DNA of 34,290 nt from contig JBKHHV010000002.1 of the NCBI GenBank assembly GCA_046539005.1, positions 1 to 34,290 on the forward strand, written 5' to 3'. The notes under the pieces were generated by a model, which searched no databases, had not been told where the DNA came from, and saw only the letters and a list, made by a program, of their open reading frames with translations. The DNA is from Phycisphaerae bacterium (GTDB lineage Bacteria; Planctomycetota; Phycisphaerae; SM23-33). Both the position numbers and the translations under genes were made by a program. Shown piece by piece: positions 1 through 8,128 of the stretch. Position 1 is the stretch's first letter. Each line of letters begins with the position of its first letter.

Positions 1-319
1 GATCGACTATCAGCAGGCTGGGCCCGCCCCCGGTGTAGGGTATGCCGAGTTGCTCGAAGATCGCCGGGCAGAAGGCCTCGCGGGCGATGCCTTGGTCGGG
101 CAGGCCCTCGGCGACGTTGAAGATCAGCGCCGGGCGGGCCTGGATAAGCCGGTCCACCAACTCCTCGGGGCGGCAGGACGCCTCCACGGGGATCACCTCG
201 TGGCCGAGCTTGCCGATGGCGTCCAGGAGGATGTCCACCTCTTCCTGGCGGTAGGCTTCGCTCTGTTCTTCGGACTCTTCCGTTCTCAGATTGTGCGTCA
301 GGGCTATTCTCATGGGCAT
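1..319 (-). CDS. D-alanine--D-alanine ligase-like ATP-grasp protein, N-terminal fragment (gene continues past the left edge)
   Basis: Reverse-strand reading from ATG at 319 (alternative ATG at 313) gives MPMRIALTHNLRTEESEEQSEAYRQEEVDILLDAIGKLGHEVIPVEAS...LIFNVAEGLPDQGIAREAFCPAIFEQLGIPYTGGGPSLL and stays open to position 1. The pattern resembles the N-terminal domain of Ddl-family ATP-grasp ligases. It is absent from the ORF track because there is no stop inside the window. Confidence 0.55.
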   Translation of the reverse strand, partial: MPMRIALTHNLRTEESEEQSEAYRQEEVDILLDAIGKLGHEVIPVEASCRPEELVDRLIQARPALIFNVAEGLPDQGIAREAFCPAIFEQLGIPYTGGGPSLLIVD

Positions 320-441
320 AAGGCAAGTGCCGGTCACGCTTTGGCGGCCTTGCACCAGAAGTGTATCCCCACGAGATGATCCAAAACGGAAATGTCACCC
401 GCTCGGTTGCCGGAAGACGCCTCCGGTAAACAGCCGACTCA

Positions 442-1008
442 TCAGGAGTCGGACGTCTCGTTCGGGTCGGTGAGGGGGTCGGCTGTGTCGTGCCCGATGC
501 GCTCCATGCGGAACTCACCGGTGTCGAAGCTGGACTCGTACTTGGCCGTGAAGCGGTCTTGGTCGACCGAACCGGTGTAAGTGTACATGCCCCCGTTGAG
601 CATGCCGAGGTCCTTCTGGCCTTTGAACTCCCATCGTCCGTCCTGGCGGGAGGTGACTGTGAGCACCACGTCGCGCGAGCGATGGGTGAACAGCCCCCCC
701 CCGAACTTCGCCACGAACGTCGCGAGATACTCTCCCTGCCCGGTCTTGCGGATTGCCGAGAGCAGCTTGCCGCTGCCGTGGATGCCGTCGGAGTTCCACT
801 GTCCCTCCCAGCGTCCGATCAGCGGATCGACCGCGGCCTGCTGCGTGGTGGCCGCGGGCCCCTCGCCGGCGAGCGGGTCGGCCTCGCCACAGCCACGCGC
901 GCAGCCGATGGCCACCGTGGACAGCGCCACCACCAGCCCCCCCAGCAGCAGCGGTTTTGCCCGGCCGTGGCGCCGGGAGCGTCCTTTCTTTGTGTGAGTG
1001 CTCGTCAT
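442..1008 (-). CDS. Hypothetical lipoprotein (about 188 aa)
   Basis: This is the internal Met of track ORF 442..1233. It starts MTSTHTKKGRSRRHGRAKPLLLGGLVVALSTVAIGCARGC, which is a basic n-region, a hydrophobic core and a lipobox-like AIGC. The part upstream of this Met is R/P-rich and not protein-like. Confidence 0.6.
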   Translation of the reverse strand: MTSTHTKKGRSRRHGRAKPLLLGGLVVALSTVAIGCARGCGEADPLAGEGPAATTQQAAVDPLIGRWEGQWNSDGIHGSGKLLSAIRKTGQGEYLATFVAKFGGGLFTHRSRDVVLTVTSRQDGRWEFKGQKDLGMLNGGMYTYTGSVDQDRFTAKYESSFDTGEFRMERIGHDTADPLTDPNETSDS

Positions 1009-1368
1009 GTCGGAAGCTTCCTGGTTTTCCGGACCATTCGTCCGCTGAACTGAAACCGCCCCGGGACGGTCAGGTTCTGCCCATTCTACCGCGGCCGGCT
1101 CAATGATCCGAACGCGTCGCCGCCCTGCAAGGTGCATATCGGCAGAAGTTGAGGATTTCGAAGCCGGTGGGTGTCGCGTTTTCCGTTGAAAACCGCCCCC
1201 CGGGGCAACAGAATGGCGTCGTGGCGGTGCCACCGGGAAGCGTCATTCATCCATCGCTTCTCCGGGTGCCTGCCGTGACAGCCCGGACGTACGTCGCCCG
1301 ATGGAGCGGGTCCCGCGGATCAACCGCATGCCCGTCGTTCCCCCGTGCGGCTGAACAAGGAGCAACCG

Positions 1369-2136
1369 ATGAAGTGGCAGCCTGTTGCGATCGCCCTGGC
1401 CCTGGCCGCGTGCATGGTGCTGGTCGGGTGTACCCAGAAGTGCCCCTGCGAGGGCAAGCCCGGCGCCGTCAGCGGTGCAGACGCCGCCCGGACCCACCTG
1501 GACGTTACAGGCGGCGCCGAAGCCTGGCAGGATATCGACACCATCGACGCCCGGGCGACCATGAGCATCTACGGCCGCGGGGAGAACGGCGACATGGCCC
1601 CCTACGTGCTGAACGTGCGCCTGAGCATTCGCCCGTGGGCCAATCGCATCTCCGCCGAGGGCGTGATGGGCAACGGCACGTGGTCGACCACCGTGGACGA
1701 CCGCGGCGAAGGCTCGTTCCGCAGCTCCGGCACGCTGCGCGACGCCTCCACGCCCGGGCAGATCAAGACCGCCCTGGGATTGCTGCTGCACCGCGTCAGG
1801 GGAGCGGGCAACATCGTCTACGGCGATGAGTCGGCGACCGACATGGTCGACCACCGCATCGACGGCATCGCCCTGGATTGCGTGAAGGTCCGCTGGACGC
1901 CGTCGAAGGCCCGGTCGTACTGCTTTTCCAGGGACACCGACCTGCTGCGGTTCGTGGTGGCCGGCGGGCAGGAAGCCGGCGACGACGGTACGGTGACGCG
2001 ATACGACGATTACACCAAGCAGGCCAACGGAATGGTCTTTCCGATGTCCATCCGGGTGGTGGAGATCGGCGAATATGTGCTGCTGGGCAGCGAACCGGTT
2101 CTGGAGACCACCTTCCAGACCGTTACAATGAAGTAG
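1369..2136 (+). CDS. Hypothetical lipoprotein (about 255 aa)
   Basis: ATG at 1369 is preceded by AAGGAG at 1357-1362. The product starts MKWQPVAIALALAACMVLVGCTQK, a signal peptide with lipobox LVGC. The track ORF starts at GTG 1345. The mature part has normal globular composition. Confidence 0.65.
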   Translation: MKWQPVAIALALAACMVLVGCTQKCPCEGKPGAVSGADAARTHLDVTGGAEAWQDIDTIDARATMSIYGRGENGDMAPYVLNVRLSIRPWANRISAEGVMGNGTWSTTVDDRGEGSFRSSGTLRDASTPGQIKTALGLLLHRVRGAGNIVYGDESATDMVDHRIDGIALDCVKVRWTPSKARSYCFSRDTDLLRFVVAGGQEAGDDGTVTRYDDYTKQANGMVFPMSIRVVEIGEYVLLGSEPVLETTFQTVTMK

Positions 2137-2184
2137 AGCCCAAGCAACCGGAAGAGGTCGTTTCTGCTGTACAAACATAGGCGA

Positions 2185-2985
2185 ATGGATATGTCGAGTC
2201 GTGATGGCGACATTCCGAGCCTGGATATTTCCCGGATTTTGAACGACTGGGAGTACGAGCCCGGGCAGATCAACGTACGAAAGATTCTCGGCGACGACGG
2301 CCGCGAGAAAATCCAGTTGCGGCTGGACCTGGGGATTCTCCAGGTGGAGACCACGGGCCGACCGGACGGGGAACGTCCCGAGGGGTTTGAAAGTCTGCTG
2401 GAATACTACGAGCACGAACTCGACCAGCACCGCAAGCGCCACGGAACCGACGAGGGCTTCCAACTCGATGAGCGGGCGTGCGAACTGCTCCGCGGCGAAG
2501 GGGTGATGTACTACCACCGCTATCTGGCGGAATTCGTGCTGGAGGACTATGCCGCCGTCGTGCGCGACACGCTTCGCAACCTGCGGCTGTTCGACTTCTG
2601 CCAGGAGTACGCCGAGGAGGAGTCGGACCAGTACATCCTTGAGCAGTATCGCCCCTACGTGGTCATGATGATGAGCCGTGCCCGGGCCCACCTGGCGATG
2701 AGCGACAACCGTCCCAAGGCCGCCCTGGCTTCGGTACGGAACGGAATGGACAAGATCCGCCGGTTCTACGAGCGATACGACTCGCGCATCTCCGAGCAGT
2801 CCAGCGAGCTGGCGATTCTCGAGGCGATGGCGCGGGACATCGAGCATCGCATTCCTCCCGACCCCGTCAAGCAACTGCGCGACCGACTCGCCGAGGCCGT
2901 CGAGGAAGAACGCTACGAAGAAGCCGCCGCGCTCCGCGACCGCCTGCATGACATCACCGGCGACGAAGACCGCGACGATTATTGA
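2185..2985 (+). CDS. Conserved hypothetical protein with C-terminal UVR (UvrB/UvrC-type) motif
   Basis: 266-aa ORF with balanced composition. The C-terminus ...LAEAVEEERYEEAAALRDRLHDI matches the UVR-domain pattern (E-x-Y-E-x-A-A-x-LRD-x-L). Confidence 0.7.
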   Translation: MDMSSRDGDIPSLDISRILNDWEYEPGQINVRKILGDDGREKIQLRLDLGILQVETTGRPDGERPEGFESLLEYYEHELDQHRKRHGTDEGFQLDERACELLRGEGVMYYHRYLAEFVLEDYAAVVRDTLRNLRLFDFCQEYAEEESDQYILEQYRPYVVMMMSRARAHLAMSDNRPKAALASVRNGMDKIRRFYERYDSRISEQSSELAILEAMARDIEHRIPPDPVKQLRDRLAEAVEEERYEEAAALRDRLHDITGDEDRDDY

Positions 2986-3015
2986 CTCGCAGGCGATGGG
3001 ACCAGACGTAAGGTA

Positions 3016-3038
3016 GGCGGGCCGCTTGCCTGCCCGCC
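3016..3038. terminator. Hairpin in convergent intergenic region (GGCGGGC-N9-GCCCGCC)
   Basis: 7-bp GC stem at 3016-3022 / 3032-3038, 31 nt after the stop of the 2185..2985 gene. There is no clear U-tract. Confidence 0.3.
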
Positions 3039-3203
3039 AAAGGACCACCCCCACTCCGGGCGAAATGCCTGCGACACAGGCGATGGGGAACTTCCTTCTC
3101 AAAAGAAAAGCATTCATCGCAGAGAACACAGCGCACACAGACGCCCGTGACACCGGTGTTTGTCCCGCCCTGAAAGGGCGGTGGCGAACTGCCGGACGGC
3201 GTA

Positions 3204-3223
3204 AGCGCCTGGGAACAGGCGCT
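3204..3223. terminator. Hairpin with GGAA tetraloop (AGCGCCTG-GGAA-CAGGCGCT)
   Basis: Perfect 8-bp stem at 3204-3211 / 3216-3223 with a GNRA-type loop, lying between convergent genes. No U-tract. Confidence 0.3.
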
Positions 3224-3294
3224 GCCCAGAACACCCAGAGCACGGGCCCTGAAAGGGTGGTGCGATGTGGCTGATGGCCACGGTTCGGTCCCTG

Positions 3295-6200
3295 TCAGCC
3301 GATCGTGTCCAGCAGATCGAGAATCCGGTCGGCCGGCTCCTTCTCCCGGTCCGCCGGCCGAGTGGTCGCGTTGGGATCCATCGGCGACTCCCTGTCGTTG
3401 GGGCGTTCCAGCAGGTCGAAAATGCGGTCGACCGGGTTCTTCTCCCGCTCAGCCGGTCGGGTGGTGGCGTTGGGATCGGCGGGCGATTTCCTCTCGTCGC
3501 TGCGGTCCTTCAGCAGGTCGGTCGCCCTTTCCCGCAGCAGGTCCTTGCCTACCTGGCTGAGCAGCGACTTGACGTCCACCGCCGAGAAGTCCAGCCGCGG
3601 CTGACTGCGCGTCCCGCGGATCGGAATCTTCACCACCGTGCCCTCCAGTAGCCGGGCGTACGTTGCCGCCTTGCCACCGACGCCGAACTGCTTCAGCAAG
3701 GCGGCGTTGACGGGCACGCCGGCCGTCAGTTTCAGGCTTCCGTCCAGACCGGCCGACCCGGAGAAATCGAGCTGGAACTTCTGCGGGAAGGTCATGCGGA
3801 AGTTGCGGTAATGGATTCGACCGTCGCGGATCGTGAAGTCGACCCCGCCGATGTCCACCGGAAGCGCCTCGCCGGGCTTGAGGTACTGGTCGGGGATCAG
3901 CTTGCCCAGGAGCCCGCTCGGAACCAGGCGCGTCCTGGACAGGTCCAGGTGCCCGCTGCCGCTGCCGCGACCGAAGATCGCCTTGCTCAGCGGCAGTTCC
4001 AGGTCCTCGGTCTGCAGCGAGACGTTCCCGCTGACATTCGTCGCCTGCATGAACACCGGGTTGATCCGCCCCAGCAACTCGCGGAGCACCGGTTCGGTGA
4101 TGGCGACCTTTTCCAGCGGGCGGACCTTTCCGGGCAGCCGGTAGACCGGCTCCCTGCCGGTGAAATCCACCGTGCCGCCCAGGCGCAGTTTGCCGTCTCC
4201 GGAGGCCACCTCCTTGACCGGCATACGGAACTGCCCCTCTTCCAGCGTCGCTTCCAGCGTGGTTTCCCCCAGCGGAACCCCGTACACCTCGCCCGACTTC
4301 CAGCCGATCTTCGTGCCGCCCTCGGCGTTGCGGAAGGCGGGGTTGAGCTTCGGCTGACTGATCGGTCCCTTGACGCGCAGGGGCCCGGCGCTTCTGCCGG
4401 TGAAGGCAACGTGTCGCGTGGCGTCGGGCGCCAGCTCCGAAAGCACCACGTTCACCGCGTCCCACCACGCTTCATACTCGCCGGACAGGTCCATCACCCG
4501 GCGGGTCTGCAGTTCGGTCACGTTTCCGTCGATTCGGGCGGTCAGTAATTCCGGTGCGGTCAGCTTCAGCGTCTTCATCGACAGCCGCGACCCGTCGGCC
4601 GAGATGGACGCCTCGTGCTTGACTTCCACCTTGTCGCGCCGCACGGTCCGTTCGCCGCGCCCGACGCGGAGGTCGGCTACCTGTCCGCCGCCTGTCAGGC
4701 GGAAGCCCTTCTCATCGCGGGTAGCGGTGGCGTTCCAGGTCAGCGAGCCCCAGAGGGCCGGCGTTTCGCTGCGCCCCATGAACGGGGCGGCCACCGTCAG
4801 GAGGGAGTGCAGGTCGCCCGTCGCCTCCAGCACACCGCTTGCCCCCACGCCTTCGTCGGTGCCCAGGCGCCCGTCGGTGAGGGTGACCGTGGCGGGCGGG
4901 CCGGTGAGGTTCAGCCGCTTCACCTGCATCGCGCCGTCGGGCTCGTATACCAGCTTCTCCAGTTTCAACGAGATCGGCTCTTTGCCGACATCGCGGCCGT
5001 CCACGCTCAGGCCCTTCAGCGTGGCCGATGCCTCGGGCAGGTGCAGCCCGCCGTCGGGGCGACGGGTGAGTTGGGCGCTTCCGCTGGCGATTCCCGCGAG
5101 GGTCGGGAACTTCCCTCGACCGGCCGACCGGGCATGGCGGGCGATGGCGGCAAGGTCTGCCTTCTCCAGCGTGAGGCTCATCGCCAGCGTGTCGGTGGCG
5201 AAGTCGTAGCTGCCCGAATCGGTCAGGCGCAGATCCTCATCGACGGTCAGCAGCCCCTCCGAGAGCGTGCCGCGGGTGGGTCGCAGGTTCTCGTCCACGA
5301 GGATTCGGCCGTCCTGCTTGAGGTGGAAACGGGCGATGGTCACCGCACCCTGCCCAAGGCGACGGCGGATGTTTGTGCCGTCTATGGCCAGGGCCGCATC
5401 GACGCGCCGCTCGGCGTCCCGCCGCAGGGCAAGGGTGCCGTCGAGGGTGCCCGCCTCGGGCAGCCCCGAGAGGTCGAACATGCTCCCGAGGTCGCGGTGC
5501 ATGGCGGCCAGGTCGGCCTGCATGCGAAGGGTGAACGACTTGTCGGTCTGCTGGCGGGTGACGCTGGCGAAACCGCTCTTCAGGTCGAGTTCCTTCGCCT
5601 TCATCCCGTCGGAGGGGTCCAGGAGCAGTTCGGTATCCAGCGTGACCGGCTGGGGGGAGAGCGATCGGTCGTCACGGGTGGCGCGGAGGTCGCGCAGTGT
5701 CGCGTGGGCGATGACAGCCGGCCGGTTGCCGCCCTCCAGGCGGACAGTACGGATGTCCAGCACGCCCGACTGCACGTCGGTCCGCGGCAGCAGATTCAGC
5801 AGCGTGGGGACGGCCTGGGCGAGCCTGGGCAGGTCGACACGGCCGTTCAGTTCGGCCCAGCCGTCGGGGAGTTTCATCGGCTTACCGCCCAGTGCTGCCT
5901 GGACGATCCGCGAGGGCTTGAACGCGGGCAGCTTGGCGTCGGCCGGCCAGTGCAGCGCGGCGTGGACGCTGCCCGCTTCGCCGGTTATGCGGCTGGCGGC
6001 GGCGTAGTGCTGTGGGGTGGCGGTTGCGTTCCCATCCAGCGTGGCATCGAGGGGGCGGATGTTGCGCAGGCCCGGGCGCGTGGAGCGCAGGCGTCGGGCG
6101 ACGACCTTGTATGCCAATTTGGCGGACTTGCCGCCAAAGTTCACCTCGGCCTGCAGTTGCACGTCGCCGGCCAGGTCGTTTCCGCGTCCGGCCAAGGTGG

Positions 6201-6927
6201 CCAGAGGCCCCAGCGCCACGTCCCCGCCGACGGTCTCCAGGCTGGCCGACCCCCTCGCTGTGGCCGGGGCGAGCCTGTCGTTTCGCACCAGTTCGGCGAT
6301 GTCGGCTTTGAGACGTAGCGACCCGCCCTCGGGCGTGGCAATGCTGATATCGGCGGCCACCTGGTTGAGCGTCTGCAGGCTGGCGGTGCCCTCGATGGGG
6401 CCCAGCGTGTAGCGACGCCCGTCCTCGCGGACCACGGTCACCATCGCATCGCGGACTTCCACGTTGCCGACCGGCTCGGGCAGGGGGGAGGGCTCCTTCG
6501 GTCTGGAGGGCTCCTTGGACGGCGGAAGCAGCGGGGAAGGGCGGTCGACCCAGATGGTCAGCCGGGCGCCGTCCAGCGTGATCTGGTCGAAGTTCTCTGC
6601 CTCCCGGATAAGCCCCCACAGCCCGCGGTCGGTCGTCGCCCGTTCGATTCTGATCCGCTCGCGGCCGCCCATGTCGGTCAGCACGAACCCGCGGATTTCG
6701 GTAGGCCCGGTCCAGTTCAGCGACAGGTCTTCCAGGGCGACCCGTCCGTTGAGGGCGTCGCCGGCGATCCGGGCGACCATCGCCTCGCCCCATCCGGTGG
6801 AGGCGAGGTAAGGCGCCAGCCCCACCAGCACAACCAGCAGCAGGACAATGCCTCCCACCACCCAGGGCCATCGACGGCGGCGGGTCTCGGTTTTCTCGGT
6901 CGTCGGTCTGTCTTCTTCGGCGCTCAT
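3295..6927 (-). CDS. AsmA/TamB-like large envelope protein (1210 aa) with N-terminal membrane anchor
   Basis: The N-terminus RRRRWPWVVGGIVLLLVVLVGLAPYLAS is a single TM segment. It is followed by more than 1000 aa of beta-rich sequence with recurring G..L.L/V.L motifs, as in AsmA-like/TamB/DUF748-type proteins. ATG at 6927 is preceded by AAGGAGAA on the minus strand. Confidence 0.8.
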   Translation of the reverse strand: MSAEEDRPTTEKTETRRRRWPWVVGGIVLLLVVLVGLAPYLASTGWGEAMVARIAGDALNGRVALEDLSLNWTGPTEIRGFVLTDMGGRERIRIERATTDRGLWGLIREAENFDQITLDGARLTIWVDRPSPLLPPSKEPSRPKEPSPLPEPVGNVEVRDAMVTVVREDGRRYTLGPIEGTASLQTLNQVAADISIATPEGGSLRLKADIAELVRNDRLAPATARGSASLETVGGDVALGPLATLAGRGNDLAGDVQLQAEVNFGGKSAKLAYKVVARRLRSTRPGLRNIRPLDATLDGNATATPQHYAAASRITGEAGSVHAALHWPADAKLPAFKPSRIVQAALGGKPMKLPDGWAELNGRVDLPRLAQAVPTLLNLLPRTDVQSGVLDIRTVRLEGGNRPAVIAHATLRDLRATRDDRSLSPQPVTLDTELLLDPSDGMKAKELDLKSGFASVTRQQTDKSFTLRMQADLAAMHRDLGSMFDLSGLPEAGTLDGTLALRRDAERRVDAALAIDGTNIRRRLGQGAVTIARFHLKQDGRILVDENLRPTRGTLSEGLLTVDEDLRLTDSGSYDFATDTLAMSLTLEKADLAAIARHARSAGRGKFPTLAGIASGSAQLTRRPDGGLHLPEASATLKGLSVDGRDVGKEPISLKLEKLVYEPDGAMQVKRLNLTGPPATVTLTDGRLGTDEGVGASGVLEATGDLHSLLTVAAPFMGRSETPALWGSLTWNATATRDEKGFRLTGGGQVADLRVGRGERTVRRDKVEVKHEASISADGSRLSMKTLKLTAPELLTARIDGNVTELQTRRVMDLSGEYEAWWDAVNVVLSELAPDATRHVAFTGRSAGPLRVKGPISQPKLNPAFRNAEGGTKIGWKSGEVYGVPLGETTLEATLEEGQFRMPVKEVASGDGKLRLGGTVDFTGREPVYRLPGKVRPLEKVAITEPVLRELLGRINPVFMQATNVSGNVSLQTEDLELPLSKAIFGRGSGSGHLDLSRTRLVPSGLLGKLIPDQYLKPGEALPVDIGGVDFTIRDGRIHYRNFRMTFPQKFQLDFSGSAGLDGSLKLTAGVPVNAALLKQFGVGGKAATYARLLEGTVVKIPIRGTRSQPRLDFSAVDVKSLLSQVGKDLLRERATDLLKDRSDERKSPADPNATTRPAEREKNPVDRIFDLLERPNDRESPMDPNATTRPADREKEPADRILDLLDTIG
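3307..3504 (-). repeat. Tandem 2 x 99-nt (33-aa) repeat encoding the C-terminal tail of the AsmA-like protein
   Basis: RSDERKSPADPNATTRPAEREKNPVDRIFDLLE is followed by RPNDRESPMDPNATTRPADREKEPADRILDLLD. The nucleotide copies begin near 3307 and 3406. Confidence 0.8.
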
Positions 6928-7063
6928 GGGTTCTCCTTGCTGCCGGACGGGCCGGCTCGGGGATGTCTTCTGTCCCTCTGGAGAATTCTAGTTGGCTGGT
7001 CGGACCGGGCGGGGAGCGGGGCACAAATTCGGGCAGGGCGAATCGGACGCCGGCGCTTCTCAA

Positions 7064-7093
7064 TTGATAGACGTGGCTTAGGTGCCCTACACT
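7064..7093 (+). promoter_or_regulatory. Candidate sigma70-like promoter (TTGATA-N18-TACACT)
   Basis: Lies in the divergent intergenic region between the AsmA-like gene and the 7127 operon. The spacer is 18 nt, so the match is weak. Confidence 0.25.
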
Positions 7094-7126
7094 TGAGAGA
7101 CCCGAACATTTCCAGGGGCTGCGACC

Positions 7127-8128
7127 ATGACCAGAAGACGACGGCTGGGTGTGCTGCTTGCGATCGTGTTTGGCTGTGCGGGCTGCGGAACGCAGGGCGT
7201 GCTGCTGGGCAGCGGTGCCAATTACGTATTCACCTCCACCGATGCGATTACCTCCCCCGGCAAGCCGGTGAACATCTACGCGCGGGTGGAGGAGGGCGAC
7301 ATGCTGCAGTCCCGTCCCGGTGCAGTGGTGCGGTTCTACACGCCGGACGGCCGATTCTACAAGGCGGCCGCTACCAACGAGGAGGGCATCGCCCGGGTGT
7401 CCTACACGCCCGAGTCGGCGGGCGATCACGAACTGGTGGTGGACGTCTCGCCCATGGGCCTGGAGGAACCGCCCCCCCAGCCGCGACGGGTTACCGTATT
7501 CGTCCGGCCGCCCGGAACGCCCATCCTGCTGGTGGACATGGACAAGACGGTCGTCGCCAGCGGGTTCCAGACGGTGCTGATCAGCGACCCGGAGCCGATG
7601 GAACGCTCGGGGCAGGTCCTTCGCCGGGCGGAGGGGCAATGGCAGGTGGTCTACCTGACCCATCGGCCCGACTACTTCTCGACCAAGAGCCGTCAGTGGC
7701 TGCGACGCCACGATTACCCCAGCGGGCCGCTGCTGCTCAGCACGATCGACGAGTTCCTGCAGGGCAGCGGCGCCTTCAAAACGCAAAAGATCCGCCGCCT
7801 GCAAGAGACCCTCACCAACATCCAGGCCGGCATCGGCGACAAGGTGTCCGACGCGATGGCGTACCACGATACCGGGCTCAAGTCGGTGCTCGTGCTGCCC
7901 ATGCCCCCCACGGAGAAATCGGTCGCCTACCGGCAGCTTGCGGCCTCGCTGGAGAAACTGCCCGAGGAGGTCAACGTGGTCGCCGACTGGTCGCAGGTGG
8001 AGAGGGTACTCTTCGACGATGCCCGGTATCCGCCGGGGGAGATGATGGAGAAGCTTCGCAGCAAGGCCGAGGAACTGGAGAAAGCTGAGGAAGGCACCAC
8101 CCGGCCCGAGAGGGAGGGCGACCGATGA
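7127..8128 (+). CDS. Lipoprotein with HAD-superfamily (LNS2/App1-like) phosphatase domain
   Basis: MTRRRRLGVLLAIVFGCAGCG is a signal peptide with a lipobox. HAD motif I DxDxT is present as LLVDMDKTVV (DMDKT at nt 7535-7549). Motif II is present as VVYLTHRP and motif IV as GIGDKVSDAMAY. An N-terminal Ig-like segment precedes the HAD domain. Confidence 0.75.
   Translation: MTRRRRLGVLLAIVFGCAGCGTQGVLLGSGANYVFTSTDAITSPGKPVNIYARVEEGDMLQSRPGAVVRFYTPDGRFYKAAATNEEGIARVSYTPESAGDHELVVDVSPMGLEEPPPQPRRVTVFVRPPGTPILLVDMDKTVVASGFQTVLISDPEPMERSGQVLRRAEGQWQVVYLTHRPDYFSTKSRQWLRRHDYPSGPLLLSTIDEFLQGSGAFKTQKIRRLQETLTNIQAGIGDKVSDAMAYHDTGLKSVLVLPMPPTEKSVAYRQLAASLEKLPEEVNVVADWSQVERVLFDDARYPPGEMMEKLRSKAEELEKAEEGTTRPEREGDR

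Noticed and set aside
1243-3243. 666-aa minus-strand ORF spanning two plus-strand genes
   Set aside because: The translation is R/G/A/V/P-rich and non-protein-like. It crosses the intergenic gap between two well-supported plus-strand genes (a lipoprotein and the UVR-domain protein). Shadow ORF.
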